A stretch of DNA of 63,998 bases, filler included, from Hyphochytrium catenoides (taxonomy: Eukaryota > Protista > Hyphochytriomycota): the NCBI GenBank assembly GCA_900088475.1. It is 7 parts of 7 records of this genome, joined end to end, with 100 filler letters (N's around TTAATTAATTAA, not from the genome) between each part and the next. Parts side by side here need not be neighbours in the genome. Positions count along the whole stretch, not along the records: positions 1 to 10,129 come from FLMG01004234.1; positions 10,230 to 13,951 come from FLMG01004665.1; 5 more parts are not named here. One strand, written 5' to 3'. Each line of letters opens with the position of its first letter. Positions within the stretch are counted from its first letter, which is position 1. Positions 1-13,630 of the stretch are shown one piece after another. The notes beneath the pieces are model-generated. The model had not been told where the DNA came from, did no database searches, and saw nothing but the letters and a program-made list of their open reading frames with translations. The translations under genes and the position numbers were made by a program.

Positions 1-100
1 TACAGTCACGCTGCCTCTCTCTTTCCTCTCTCTCTCTCTCTCTCTTTCTATTTGCCTTGTTCTATTTCACACTCTCTCACTCTCTCTCTCTCTTACGCAG

Positions 101-530
101 AACTTTGACGAGAAAGTCAAAGACCTACGAGCTTTCCGCCTCCGAGTCCAAAGAGAGCTGACAGTGCATGAGCTCGAAATCTGTCGTCTCTCTCTCTCTC
201 TCTCTTCTCAGGAAGAGCTCCAACTAGAGCTTCAGGGGCTGGACGAGAGGAGAGAGAGACTGAGAGACATGACAAAGGCCCTAAGAAGAAACCTAGAGCA
301 GTACAATGACGCCGTGGATTATGTGAGAGAGCAGTTAAGGAAAGCCCAGGTATGCTCTCTCCCTCATGCTCTGTCTCTCTCCCTCCTTCTCTCCCTCTTT
401 CTCTCTCTTTCATTTCTCTCTCTCCCTTGCAATCTCTCGGCTATCTTTTCTTTCTCTCCCTTACCCTCTCTCTCTTCTCTCTCTTTTCTCTCTCTCTCTT
501 TTCTCTCTCTTTCTTTTCTCCTCTTTCCTT

Positions 531-562
<32 letters not shown>

Positions 563-1510
563 CTCTTTTCCCATACCTTCTCTATTTCCTCCCATAGCCT
601 CCTCCTGATTCCTCCTTCCCTTGCCCCTTCCTGGCCATTAGTCCTCGGATTCTGTTTTCCTTGACTTCTTTCACCTTTGCATTGGGCTTCTTACAGCTCT
701 CTCNNNNNNNNNNNNNNNNNNNNNNNAATGACAAAGCTCTGGAGAGATCCTTCAAGGCCGAGATCCAGAACGCGAGCAGCCATCCCCTGGACCAGGAGGA
801 AGTGACCACCTACGTGTCTATTCTCAAAGTGAGAAGACCGATCGGGCCAAGAGGAGAGAGACCAAGAGTTGGCCGCCGTCCATCTTCTCCCTCTCTCTCT
901 TCCAAATCTACAGGCTCCAAGAGAAGAACAATGGCGAGACTCTCTCTCCCTCCCGACGGAGGAGAGAGAGATACCGAGGGAGAAGATCCTCGAAGCTCAA
1001 GGATCTCCGAGAGGAGTTCCGCAGCCTCTTCTGTTGATTCCTCTCCCTCTTTCTCTCCTGCTCTTGAGGCCAATCCAGGGCAATTTATTGTCTCCACGCG
1101 CCACTCTCTCTCTCATGTCGATATGTTTGCTAAGGATAAAGGACTAAGAAAGAGTGCGGCGGGCTCTGCAGCGGGAGAGAAAGAGAAAGAGAGAGAGAAA
1201 GAGACTGGTGTCGTGGGAAGAAGCGTCTTTTCTATTGACATGAAGGCGCCGATGGGGACAGAGCAAATTCTGCTTGCAAAGCTGATGATGTCAGCTACGC
1301 CCACTGTCAGCACCCTGACAACCTCCTTGGGAGAAGGAAGAAGAGAGGGAGACCGGAGAGAGAAAGAGAGAGAAGAGAAACTCGCGCTCTCTCTCCTCCC
1401 GGCGATGGCTGACGGGCAGATGGACGCAGAGGAAGATCTAGATGGGGATGCGCTGTCCCAAGCGGAAACTCTGCAGCGGCTGAATCCATACGCGGCGGTG
1501 AGGGACCTTG

Positions 1511-1550
<40 letters not shown>

Positions 1551-2821
1551 TACTCTCTACTTTCTCCCCCTTTTTCCCCCGTTCTGTCTATGGCGCTGCC
1601 ATTTTAACGCGGCTTCTCTCTTCCTCTTCTGTCGGTTTCTTGTTCCGGCTTCTCTCTCTTTCTGTTAACCCACAAAAGCCTTCCATCGGATGTCTTCTCC
1701 TTTTCCTCTCTTCTGACTCTCTCTCTCTCTCTCTCTCTCTCCCCTCTTCTTCTCTGCATCAAGGAGTATGGGCCTTAACCCTAACCTCTCTCTCTCTCTT
1801 CATTCTACTGATCTCATCCTGCCTGTGCCGTCGCTTTCTTTAACCCTTCTTTTCATTCTCTCTTTCTCTCCTTCACTCCCTTTCCCTCTCTCTTTCGTTC
1901 TCTCCTCTCCCTTTTCTCTCTCGCTTTTCTTTCTTTCTCTCTCGCTTTTCTTTCTTTGTCTCTCTTTCTTTTGTCTCTCTCACTCTCCCTCTTTCCTTGT
2001 CTCTCTCACTCTCCTTCTTTCCCTCTCTGTCTCTCTCTCTCTGTCTTTGTCTCTCTCTCTCTCCCCCAAGGCGGAGAAGAAACTCGTCGATGATGCAGAA
2101 GCGTCTCTCCTGGAAGAGCCTGGGCCGCTGGATCTCTCTCTCGATGTCCCAGAAGGTTTCTCTGTGGATCCCGAGATATGGAAGAAAGTCAAGAAACTGC
2201 ATCAGAAGAAGATAAACAGCGAGAGAACCGTGAGAGACAGAGCGACTGCGTTGAAAGAGCTCTCTCTCTCTCAAGAGGAGATAGAGTCAGAGATAAGGAG
2301 AGTGGAGGGAGAGATCCAGGATGTAGAGAGAGAGAGAATGGCCTTGGAAGAGGAGAGAGTCGCCATGGCATACAATCAGACATTGACGCTGCACATCAAA
2401 ATGGGACAGGTACTTTCTTCACTCTCTCTTCCTCTCTTTCCTTCTTCTTCCCTCTCTCTCTCTCTTTTTTTTCATCCTCTCTCTCTTTTCACCCCTCTCT
2501 CTTTTCACACACACTCTCTCTCTCTCTCCCCCTCTCTCCTCTCTCTCTCCCCTTCTCTCTCTCTCCCCCCCCCTCTCCCTCTCTCCCTCTCTTTGCACCC
2601 TCCCTCTCTCGCTTCACTTTCCCTCTCTCTCTCTAACCCTGGCCTTGCTTCAACTGTATCCTGGCGTCCCTGTCCTTCTTACTTTGAGTAGATGGATTAT
2701 CTCTCTCTCTCCACCAGCTCGCATCTCTTCTAGTGTCCGACATTTCCTTAACCCTTCTCACTCGCTCTCTGTCTCGTTCTACCTCGGTGTCTCTCTGTCT
2801 CTCTCTCTCTCTCTTTCCCTC

Positions 2822-2854
<33 letters not shown>

Positions 2855-3091
2855 AGGACGAGGTGGTCAGCAGCTCTCCTTCTCTCTCTCACAGTTACGG
2901 AGATGCGCTCCTGCTCCCCCGCCAGCGGGTGGAGGCGATGAACAAACTTGTCATACAGAACGCACAGGAGAAGGTAGCAAGAGAGAGGAAAGGAGAGAGA
3001 CAGTCCATTCAGAGAGGGAGACACACAGAGAGAGGAAGGGAGAGAGAGAGAGAGAGAGAGGGAGAGAGAGCGAGAGAGAGAGAGGGAGAGG

Positions 3092-3135
<44 letters not shown>

Positions 3136-3395
3136 GTGAGAGAGAGAGACAGAGAGAGATGAGAGAAGCCACTCAAGAGCGGCGGGAGGGAGAGAAGAGA
3201 GAAACATGCAGACGACAAAGAGAGACAGGAAGAAGGGAACAAAAAAATATGAAGAGCGGAAAGAGGACAGAGAGAAAAATAGTGAAAAAGCAACGAAGAG
3301 AAGAGAGAAGTGGTCAGCAGACGGAACCAGCAAAACGGTCAAGAAATCACTTCCGCATTCTCTGCCTTCCCCTTTACCATCTCTCTCTCACATTC

Positions 3396-3434
<39 letters not shown>

Positions 3435-3899
3435 AGATTAGCGCTCTGCAGACAATGAAGAGCTTCCGCAAGAACATCAACGTGATGATCTGGGAGAGAC
3501 GGTATCTGGACAAGCAAGTGACTCACATGATGGAGACATACACAGACATACACCTACTCAGAGCCACCAAGGAGTTACAGGTCTCTCTCTCTCTCTCCCG
3601 CTCTGTCTCCCCTTTTCTCTTGAGCTCTTTATGCCCAGGGTTTGCGCCTTCTCTTCAGTCTCGGTGCTCCTCTCTTTGTCTCTCGCTGTTGTCTCTCCCT
3701 CTGAAGCACTATCTTCATCTGCTCTCCTCTTCTCTTCACATCTTCCTTGCCCTTTCTCTCTCTCTCCGCCTCTCCCCCTTCGTTCTCTTTCGTTGGCTCT
3801 CTCTCTCTCTCTCCCCTACTCCTCGTTCTTCCCCCTTCTTCTCTCTCTGTATACATATTCATATCGCTCTCTCTTCCCGTCTCTCTCTCTCTCTCTCTT

Positions 3900-3931
<32 letters not shown>

Positions 3932-4974
3932 ACCGGCTCTCTCTCTTCTCTTTCTTCCCTACCGCACTCCCTCTTTCTCTCGTTTTCTTAAGGTGTTCTT
4001 GAAAGACAGCGCTGAGGGGACAGAAGGAGACAAGAAAGATGAAAGAGCAGGAGAGAAGCCGAAGACCTCTGACGCTAAGCTGCAGCAGAAGAGACAGTTG
4101 CACAGAAAGAAAATGCAGTCGCTGGAAGAGAGCATTCGTGAGCTGGAGAGAGAGAAAGAGAAGAGAGAAATGGAGAACAAAGCGCTAGAGGAACATCTCT
4201 CTCTCCTCCGAAGCAGCGTTGAGGTAGGTCAAAGGTGGCGCGAAAGCTGAGAGAGCTCTACAAAGCGAGGGAGACAGAGAGAGAGAGAGAAAGAGAGAGA
4301 GAGAGGCGGTGAGAGGGAGAGAGAGAAAGAGGAAAGAAGGGTGGTTTGAGGAATGAGATCTGGAAGGCGAAAGTTATGTCCACGTTGAGGGGAAAGAAAA
4401 GGAAGTGCACAGTGCAGGTCCTCCCATATGTTTTCTCTCTTCTCTCTCTGTGTCTCACTTTCTCTCACTCTCCCGTCTTCTCTCTCTCTCTCTCTCTCTA
4501 GGTGCGGGAAGGGATAGTCCGGAGCCGTGACGAGGCGATGGGAGGGAGCAAGACAGAGATGGCCAGCAAGAGAGTGCGAGCCGTGGCGCTAAGAAGAAAT
4601 CTAGTCAACACCGTCAAGAGACAAGCTGCGGAGATACAGGCGCTCAGAGAGGTGTCTCTCTCTCTCTCTCTTTTCTCTTACTGATTCCGCATTCTTCTGC
4701 TAGAGGTTCAACTCGATTCAGAGATTTCTCCCTTGTCTAGAACCAACCGTCTCCTGTCACATCGCTCTCTCTCTTTCTTAAGTACCTCACTGATTAACTC
4801 TTCTTAACTCTATTAACTCTTCTTTAGCATGCCTCTCTCTCTCTCTTTCCATTCTCCGCCCGGTCCTCTGCATTTAGTCAATGAACGCTCACCTTCCTCT
4901 CTCTCTCTCTCTCTCTGTCTCCGTGCATGCAGGAGCTTCACAGAGTGCATGGAAAAAACTTCCCCCGATTTTGA
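101..4974 (+). CDS. CFAP43: Cilia- and flagella-associated protein 43 (WDR96), C-terminal coiled-coil region; 5' part lies outside the window
   Basis: GT-AG exons 101-349, ~697-1497 (contains an N gap), 2071-2409, 2857-2973, 3437-3580, 3993-4223, 4502-4651, 4933-4974. Peptides DKALERSFKAEI...KVRRP, VPEGFSVDPEIWKK, LHIKMGQ|DEV, YGDALLLPRQRVEAMNK, MKSFRKNINVMIWERRYLD...DIHLLRATKELQ and RRNLVNTVKRQAAEIQALRE|ELHRVHGKNFPRF* follow the order of the CFAP43 C-terminus as I recall it. Confidence 0.85.
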
Positions 4975-5179
4975 GGGAGAAAGGAAGGGAGAGAGAGAGA
5001 AAGAAAGAGAGAAGAGTCCAGCAGTGAAGCCACCTCTCTTCCAATAGAGTCCTTCTTCCAAATAATAGATAAGTTCGGACCAGAATGATCGCACCGAGCA
5101 ACGAGAAAGAGACAGAGAGAAACCCAAGGGGAAGAGAGACTGGCTCTGGGACCATGAAGAGTGTGGAATGAGCCTTTAT

Positions 5180-5230
<51 letters not shown>

Positions 5231-5232
5231 TT

Positions 5233-6876
5233 TTAGGTCTTGAGTCCATCCTTTGCTCTCTTCTTCTTCTTCTTGATCTGGTCGAAATGCTCCTGCGCGG
5301 CTTTGGAATAATCTTTGTCGTGTCGCTGCTGATTCACTGTCTTCGGAGTCACTTGCAGCACATCCTCATCGTTCAAAACGTGGTCCTTTCCGCAGCGCTG
5401 GCGGCCCAAACAGGAGAGAGAAAGAAGGAGAGAGAGAGAAGGAGAGAGAGGCCAGCAAGAGAAGAGGGGGAGAGACGTTAGGTATCAATTGGCGCGAGGA
5501 TAAAGGAAAGAGAGAGATCGATAGAGAAGAGAGAATACGCTATGAAGTTCACACGAGGGAGACAGAAAGATTCTACCTACCGAGCACGAGAGGAAGTGCC
5601 AGAGCAAGAGAGAGATAGAGCAAAGAAAGAGAGGGAGAGAGAGAGAGAAAATGACACGGTAGAGAGCATTCAGGAGAAGAGAAGCTACCTGCGGATCGTG
5701 CTTGGTACTGATTCCCCAGACCAGCGCGTAGTTGAAGGTCTTCCACAGGTCTGTAGAGATCTGAGCAGAGGAGTTAGACGAGAGAGAGAGAGAAAAGAGC
5801 AAACAGTTGAGAGAGAGAGAGAGCGACACGAGGGAGAGAGATAATGCTGGAATATGAGACAAGAAGAAAAGAGCAAGAGCAAGTGACTCACCGATTTAAC
5901 AGCTGCTTCTACGGAGGTTCCCTTGCGTTCCGTGGACAGAACAATTGGCTCCGTGAAGTCAGGAGGCTGCCACACCAAACAACCAGCCGGGCATAGAGAA
6001 AGAGAGAGGGACAGACAAAAGAGAGAGGGACAGACAAAAGAGAGAGAGAGAGAGAAGGAAATTAGTCTCTTTTTTTTAGTGCTAATCACATAGGCGAGGG
6101 AAGCTCTTTCACGAAGGAGCGCACCTGTCCTCTCTTCTTGGTATAGACTCTGGTCAGCCCCATGTACTCCCACATTTTCCGCAGAAGACGGTCAAATCCG
6201 AGCTTTCCAAAGAGAAAGATCGAGACAGGAGACGGAGAAAGAGAGCGAGAGAAGGGTGAGTGTCAAAACAGAGAGCAAGGGACGCTCCAGAGCACGGGAA
6301 GGGACCAAATACGTGAAGAGAGAGAAAGAGATGAAGAGAATGCAAGAGAGAGAAACAATGCCACACGCAAGGGATCACAGGGACTTTACTTACAGCAGAG
6401 TTCCCTCCCTGTGCTGTGCAGCAAATAGTAGAATGAGGCATCCGAGCCAAGCGGTCAACCTGCAACACGTGAGGAGAGAGAGTTTTGTCTCGCTCAGAAT
6501 CCTGTCTCTTTCTCTCCCTTTGAGTACGCAGCATCTTCTCTTATAGAGTAGAGAAACCCAGCACACACTCTCCTCTCTCTGGACCTTTAGATAGTCTCAC
6601 CACCCTTCAAGTTCCTCATTGGGTCTAATGTTTCTCTCTCTCTCACTCTGTGTGCGTGTCTCTCTCTCTCTCTCTCTTTTTCTTTCTTTCTTTCCGGTAG
6701 GCTGATGCTTACCTCCTCTATGGATATCATGTCTATCTTATTATAAGCATAGAGCACTTTGATGTACTTCCTGTTGCCCTCGACCACATCGATCAGGTCG
6801 TCCACTGTGCAGTCCTCACGGAATAATACTTCGGCATTGTGGATCTTATACTGGATGAGGAAGTAAGGAGATAAAG

Positions 6877-6910
<34 letters not shown>

Positions 6911-9011
6911 TGTCAGCGTGAGGCAAGTGTGTAGGAGAAAAAGATGCAGTACAAAGGAGCGGCATCAGAGAGAGGCTGTCAGAGAAAAAGAAAGCGGAAA
7001 TCGGGGTAACGGTAGGGATAAAGGACCGGAAGGAAGAAAGAGAGAGGCGGTGAAAGTAGGAGAGAAAAGAGAAAGACAGGGAAAGAGGGGAGAGAGGAAG
7101 AGAGAAAGGGAATATGTCCCAAGGTAATGAGGAGGTGTCTACCTCTCTTAATATGCTCGTAACAGTGCGAAGAGGATCATCCCCAAGCTGGACCGGACCC
7201 AAAGAAACAAGACACAAGCACGGCATCGGTCTCTCAACTCTTTCTTTCCCTCTCCTTCATTTCCTCTCTCCTTTCTCTCTGACAGCACTTTCTTCTATTT
7301 TGATCTCACCACCTTTCTCTCTCTCTTTCTCCCATCTCTGTCCTTCTTCTTGTCTACTTTTGGTCTCTTTCTAGACTCTCTCTCTCTCTCTCCTTCCCCA
7401 AACTCTGTCCTTCTTATTTTTGTCTTGTTTCTAGGCTCCTTTTCTAGGCTCTCTCTCTCTTTCTAGGCTCTCTCTCTCTCTCTCTCTCACTCTTTCTTCC
7501 ATCTTTCCTTCTTCTTGTCTACTCTTTGTCTTGTTCCAGGCCTCCCTGAAGATTCTTTTCCCTACCTTGGTAAGTTTCAGTGTGCTATTGAAGCTGATGC
7601 CTCCTCCTTGCTTTCTCTTCAAATAAATGTTCGGGGGACGCTTGTTCAGACGCAGGCCAACCTTTATAAGACAGAGAAGCCAGGAAAGAGGGAAAGAAGA
7701 GAGAAAGAGGGAAAAGCAGGGGAAGGGAGAGGTAGTTAGTGTGCTTCTAAGAGCTTTCGCTCTCTCTCTCTCTCTCTCTGTGTGTGTGTCTAATGGTGTC
7801 TCTCTCTCTCTACGCCTTTCTCCTTGCCTTACCAGCTCCAGCTCTCTCTCTAAAATTTCTCTGTGGTTGTGCGTCCCTTCCCTGGCGGCGTCGAGGACCA
7901 TGAGTATCATGTCGGCGCTCTTAGCCACAGCGATGACTTCTCTTCCTCTCCCTCGTCCGTGCGCTGCACCCTCAATGATACCAGGCAGATCCAGCAGCTA
8001 GAGAACCAAAAGAGAGAGAGAGAGAGAGAAAAAGAGAGAAAGACCACGATGAGAGAGTAAACAAAGGATAAAGAGAGAGATTTGAGGATGAGTGAGTTAA
8101 GTGAGACGATGAGGCAGTAGCAGGAAGAAGAGGACAATGGCAAACCGTAGCAAGGAAAGACTACCAGAGAGAGAGCGACAGACAAAGAAAGAGAGACAAA
8201 GAGAGAGCGAGACAGAGAGAGAGAGAGAGAGGGAGGGCAAGAGAGAGAAAGAAAGAGAGGAGAGGAGAAGGAGACAAGAGTGAAGAGGTCACCTGTATCT
8301 TCACTCCGTTGTAGAACAGGTTGCCAGGGATACAAGTCAGCGTCGTGAACTCATAACCCGCGGCCATTGACTCTGTCTGGGTCAGTTGACTACGTGGGAC
8401 AAGGAATAAAGACAACCAAAGCGTAAGAATTGAGAAAGAAAGAGAGAGAGAGAGAAAGAGAGAGAGAAGTTAGAAAGGGAAGAAAAAGGAAGCTATAGGT
8501 AAATGTATCGTATAGAAGAAGAAGCAGAGTAATTGCCCACACACGAAGAAGAGAGAGGGAATCAAAGAGGCAGAAGCTGAGAATTAGACAGGGGAAAAGA
8601 GGACCATAGCTTGAAGAAGGGAAAGAGAGAGAGAGAGGGAGAGAAAGATGGAGAGAAAGAGAGAGAGATGGAGTGAAGAATGAGTCTCACCTGAGAAGAG
8701 TGGACTTGCCCACACTGGGGAACCCTATCAGCGCTACGCGTCCATCACCACTGCGAGCTACGTCAAACCCTTCTCCTGCCCCGCCTGAGCTCTTGCCTCC
8801 CTCCAGTAGCTAACGAGAGAGAGAAGGAAAGAGAGAGAGAGCGTGAATAAGGGAGAGAGAGTGTATAAGGGAGAGAGAGTGAAAAGAAAGAGAGGGTAAG
8901 AGTGAGAAGGAGAGAGAGAGAGTATGTTAGACAGACACGGCGTTCTAGAAGGAAAACAGAGGTCAGGAGGCAAAAAGACCGCAAAGTCTGATGGAAAAGG
9001 ACTAGNNNNNN

Positions 9012-9047
<36 letters not shown>

Positions 9048-9661
9048 AAGTAAGGAAGAGGAGATTGACCGCATGGCTTTCATACTTCTGTTCGAAGCTT
9101 GGCCAGCTTAGCCTTTAGATTTCCCAGATGATACTCCGTCGCCTTGTTCTTCTGAGTCCTTTTCATCTCATCCTCTGAGAGAGAGAGAAAGATAAGACGG
9201 GCAAAGGAGAGAGAGAGAGAAGATAGAGAAAGGGAAAGACAGACAGAGAGAAATACGGCAGAGAGAGAAACAGAGAGAGAAGTGTGGTCGATGGTAAGAG
9301 GAGGGCGGGGGAGGAGATAGAGAGGGAACCATTAAAGGAAAAGAAGAAGCAGTGCAGAGAGAACAGAGGAAAGAGAAAGGATGGAGGAACAGGAGAGAGA
9401 GAGAAAGAGGGAGAGAGGATTGTGAAAAAAGAAACCCCGATATGGAGAGAGGGGGAGAGAGAGGGGGAGAGAAAGAGAGAGATGGAGAGAGAGAGAGATG
9501 GAGGGAGAGAAAGAGAGCTATAGAGAGACAGCAGACAGAGAGAGAGAGGGAGAGCCCCAGAGATAATGGGAGCCACACTATTATAGACTTCAAAAGCAAG
9601 CAGCAGCCTCGGCTCTCCTACATCCCTTACCGATCTCTTTGATACGCTCCACGATCCCCAT
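5233..9661 (-). CDS. DRG2: Developmentally regulated GTP-binding protein 2 (OBG-family GTPase with TGS domain), multi-exon, complete
   Basis: Spliced translation: [10 protein letters not shown]|[31 protein letters not shown]1 [17 protein letters not shown]2 [12 protein letters not shown]3 [12 protein letters not shown]4 YNKID, TGS region YTKKRGQ|PPDF...ALVWG...[11 protein letters not shown], ending [13 protein letters not shown] (TAA at 5233-5235). ATG at 9661. Confidence 0.95.
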
Positions 9662-10129
9662 GGTTCCAAAATAAAGACGGCCTTAGCCCACAGAGCGATA
9701 CGGCCAACAATATGGGGACAGAGAGGGAGAGAGGGAGAGAACGAGAAAGACTTCTAAGAGGAAAGGGAGAGCTATGGCCTTTCCGTCCTTTCTTTCCTGA
9801 GGTTTGGGCCTGCAGCCTTCACAGCAAGGCAGCGACCGAGATCAGTGATGACCCTTTACACGCAAAGAAGGAAGGGACAGGAAAGAGAAGGAGGCCCGCT
9901 GCTGAGAGAGGCTTGAAGAGAGTCAAGGTTGTCCCATAACGTTATCTCTCCTTAGATCCTCGACAATGCCGTACGAAGCCGATAGGAAGAGGCCAGCGAA
10001 AGAGAGGCGCTCACTAAGAGCATGAAGTGGGAAAGAAGAGGAAGAGAGAAGAGACAGAGAGAGACAGAGAGAGAGACAGAGACAGAGAGAGCGAGAGAGA
10101 GGAGAGAGCGAGAGAGAGAGAGAGAGAGA

Positions 10130-10229
10130 NNNNNNNNNNNNNNNNNNNNNNNNNNNNNNNNNNNNNNNNNNNNTTAATTAATTAANNNNNNNNNNNNNNN
10201 NNNNNNNNNNNNNNNNNNNNNNNNNNNNN
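10130..10229. other. Artificial assembly spacer (N-run, TTAATTAATTAA, N-run); same spacer at 13952-14051, 45256-45355, 50391-50490, 60384-60483, 62894-62993
   Basis: The same ~100-nt layout occurs six times. The 12-mer places stop codons in all six frames, and genes are truncated at these points. Confidence 0.95.
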
Positions 10230-10436
10230 GAGAGAGAGAGAGAAAACGAGAGAGAGAGAGAGAGAGAGAAAAGAGAGAGAGAGACAGAGACAGAGAAAAG
10301 AGAGAGAGAGAGAGAGAAAGGAGAGAGAGAGAGAGAGACAAAGAAAAGAGAGACAGAGAAAAATCCAAAGGAGAGAGGAATATGCGGGGAGAAGAGGGAG
10401 GATCAGAGAGACCGATCAAAGAGACAGATGGCGTAC

Positions 10437-10811
10437 CTGATATGTCTCTTTCACTTTATTCTCCGGCATGACTGTCTTATATCCTGGAAGAGGGAGAACC
10501 ACGTCGAAGATGGAGAAAGCGCCGCTTGCAATGTCTTTCTCGGAGAGAATGTGGACTCTCCCTCTCAGCTCGACCGCCTCGTCTCCCACTACTTCTGCCT
10601 CGAGGTCCAATCCCTCTTCCTCTTCTTCTCCCTCTTCTTTCCCGGGGTCCTCCGTCTCTTCCGGGTCTTTCTCTTCTTCTCCGTCTTTCCCATTTCTGAC
10701 CAGCACCAGGTCGCCTGCCACAGGCTTATCGCTCCCTAGAAAGATAGAAGTGAGTCCCCTTCCGAAGAGAGAGAGAGAGAGGAATAAAGAGAGAGAGAGA
10801 CGGAGAGAAAA

Positions 10812-10854
<43 letters not shown>

Positions 10855-11199
10855 CAATAAGAAAGAGAGAGAGAGAAAAGAGAGAGAAAAAGAGAGAGAA
10901 AAAGAGAGAGAAAAAGAGAGAAAGAGAGGAAAAGAGAGAGGTAAAGAAATGTCGAGAAGAAAGACGAGCCTACTCATCGCCGCGGGAGTGACGGGAGACC
11001 CAAGAAGAGAAAAAGGAGGAAATTGAGATTAAGTAAGGGAAAGAGAGACAGAGAGAAGGAGGAAGAAGTGGCGGGGCAGAGACACCAAGAAAAACAGGAA
11101 GAGAATGAGAGAGCAAGAAATATAGTCGGAGACGAGGGATATTGGGGGATCGGAATCAGAAAGCGAGCGAAAACAGAGACACAGAGAGAGAGAACGAGG

Positions 11200-11236
<37 letters not shown>

Positions 11237-11533
11237 GACGGAAAGAGAGAGAGAGAGAGAGAAGAAAAGAAGAGAAGAGATGGGGAACGGGAAACAGGGT
11301 CGGCGACGAGAGGGGTGAGAGATAGAATCTGAAGGAGAGGGAGAAAGGAATAGAGAGAGATGGCGAGAGAAAGCAAGGAGAGAGCAGGATAGGACGCTTA
11401 CCATAGAGCTCCAGCCTCGCAGTGGCTGCTTTGTTCCAGAGCAAACTCTGGTAGGCATGAACATAAAGCTGCAAAAAAAGAAACAGAAGAGTTTATCAGT
11501 AGGGAAGACAGGTCCATTTGGGCCGTTCTAAGC

Positions 11534-11585
<52 letters not shown>

Positions 11586-12182
11586 GGAGAGAGGAAACGT
11601 TCTTTACGAGTGTAAAGCGCCGAGGAAGAGAACGAGAGAGAGCGAACGGCAAAGAGGGGAGAGGACAACGAACGGAAAGGAAACGCCCCACCAAAAAGAG
11701 AGGGAAAGAGAACAAGAGAAAGGAGAAAGAAATAGACGGGGGATAGAGAAGAGAAGACGAACTGGAAACGGGAAGAGAAACACCCAGCGAAGAAAGAGAT
11801 AGACAAAGACAAGGGAGAGAGCGCAGCAAAAAGCCGAAAGTACCTCACCGAGAAAGAGAAACAAAAATGGCACTCAAGAGAGAAAAGATCGGCGGTCAAT
11901 ACAGAGAGAAAGAGAGAGAGAGAGGAAGGCAACAAAGAGGAGAGAGAGAGAGAAGAGAAAAGCAAGATTTAAGAGGAAGAGCTCCGCCAAAACATCTCAC
12001 CGAGAGAAGAGATCTTGGGACTCTGTGGAGCGCATTGACAGAGTTCACCGGGACGCCGTGGGTGTAAGACTCCATCAGCGCTCTCTCCGCCACCATCCAG
12101 CGCGGCATCTTGTTCAGCACAGCCCGAGGATCCCTGAAGACCAGCTCTGAATTAGGACCATGCACCGATAAAGAGAAAGAGG

Positions 12183-12229
<47 letters not shown>

Positions 12230-12298
12230 AAGAGAGAGAGAAAGAGAGAGAGAAAGAAAGAGAGGGAGAGAGAGAAAGAAAGAGAGAGAGAGAGGGAC

Positions 12299-12329
<31 letters not shown>

Positions 12330-12342
12330 AAGAAAGAGAGAG

Positions 12343-12373
<31 letters not shown>

Positions 12374-12771
12374 AAGAAAGAAAGAGAGAGAAAAAGTAAT
12401 AGAGAGGGAACACAGCCACGCAGGGCAAGAGACTAAACAACAAAAAATGGAGAATGGTCCGAGACGGAAAAATGCAAGTGTGAGAGAGGAAGATAGAGAA
12501 AAAAAAAGAGAGATCACCGTAGGGGAAAGGTTATGCGAGAGAGAAAGAGAGAGACTGGGAGAGAGAAAGAGAGGGAGAGAGAGAGAGCTGAGTCAAAAGG
12601 CGATCGGACTTACTTCGTTCTAAACCAGAGCTCCTTCGCTTCTCTGACAGGCGGAGCATCAGAGGCTTTCACTCCCATGAAAAGAGAGTAAAGGTCCGCC
12701 CACTGACCGCGTAGCAGCAGCTGCCCATACTCGTAAGTAGGAGTGGAAGCCTGGCCGAATCGCTGAAGACC

Positions 12772-12812
<41 letters not shown>

Positions 12813-13065
12813 AGAGAGAGAAGCCTTAAGAGTTACATCGACAAGGTAAGGGGGGCATAAGAGAAGGAAGACAGCACCAAAGTGTATGCGGTACAAGAGA
12901 CGGAAGAGAGAGATCCACAGAGAGAGAGAGGGAGAGAGAGAGAGACCAAGAGTAGGAAAAGGATGCCAACAGAGAGAGAAAGAAGGTGACGACAAGAGAT
13001 GAGAGAGATGACCAAGCAACCAAAAAAAGCGAGCAAGCCTGGAGGAAGAGAAACTAGAAGGAAAG

Positions 13066-13096
<31 letters not shown>

Positions 13097-13530
13097 CAGG
13101 AGAGAGAGGACGTATCCATACTGACCAAAATAGTTGATAAAGCCTCTCTCTCCCCATTCTTCTACTTTCTCTCTCACTCTATCGTCCTCTTCCGTCACTC
13201 CTCTCAGGACAATGTCAAACTGATTGCCTTTGAGCTGTCCAACACGGAGACGGATGTGAGAGAAAGAGAAGTTCCCCACTGTTAGTCCTGCGCCGCGCAG
13301 TCTATTAACTCGAGCTATCTTCTCTGGAGGCACCCTGATCGTGAAGCAGAGATAGCGGGAAAGGGGTGGGCGGAGGGAGGAGAGAAAGAGGGAGAAAGGA
13401 GAGAAAGAGAGAGAAAGGAGAGAGAGTATGAGAGAGAGTATGAGAGAGAGGAGAGGGAGTAAGGACAAAAGATCGCAAACGGAGGAAAGAAGAGAGAGCG
13501 AAGGAGAGAGAGAGACAAGGAAATCAAAAG

Positions 13531-13565
<35 letters not shown>

Positions 13566-13598
13566 GACAGAGAGAGAGAGAGGACAGAGAGAGAGAGG

Positions 13599-13630
<32 letters not shown>

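Noticed and set aside
4938-5249. Apparent DRG2 C-terminal extension overlapping the last CFAP43 exon
   Set aside because: That ORF is in another frame; DRG2 stops at TAA 5233-5235 (GLKT*).
10174-10185. Recurrent palindromic TTAATTAATTAA (six copies) as a biological element
   Set aside because: Always centred in N runs of fixed size; it is an artificial six-frame-stop linker.
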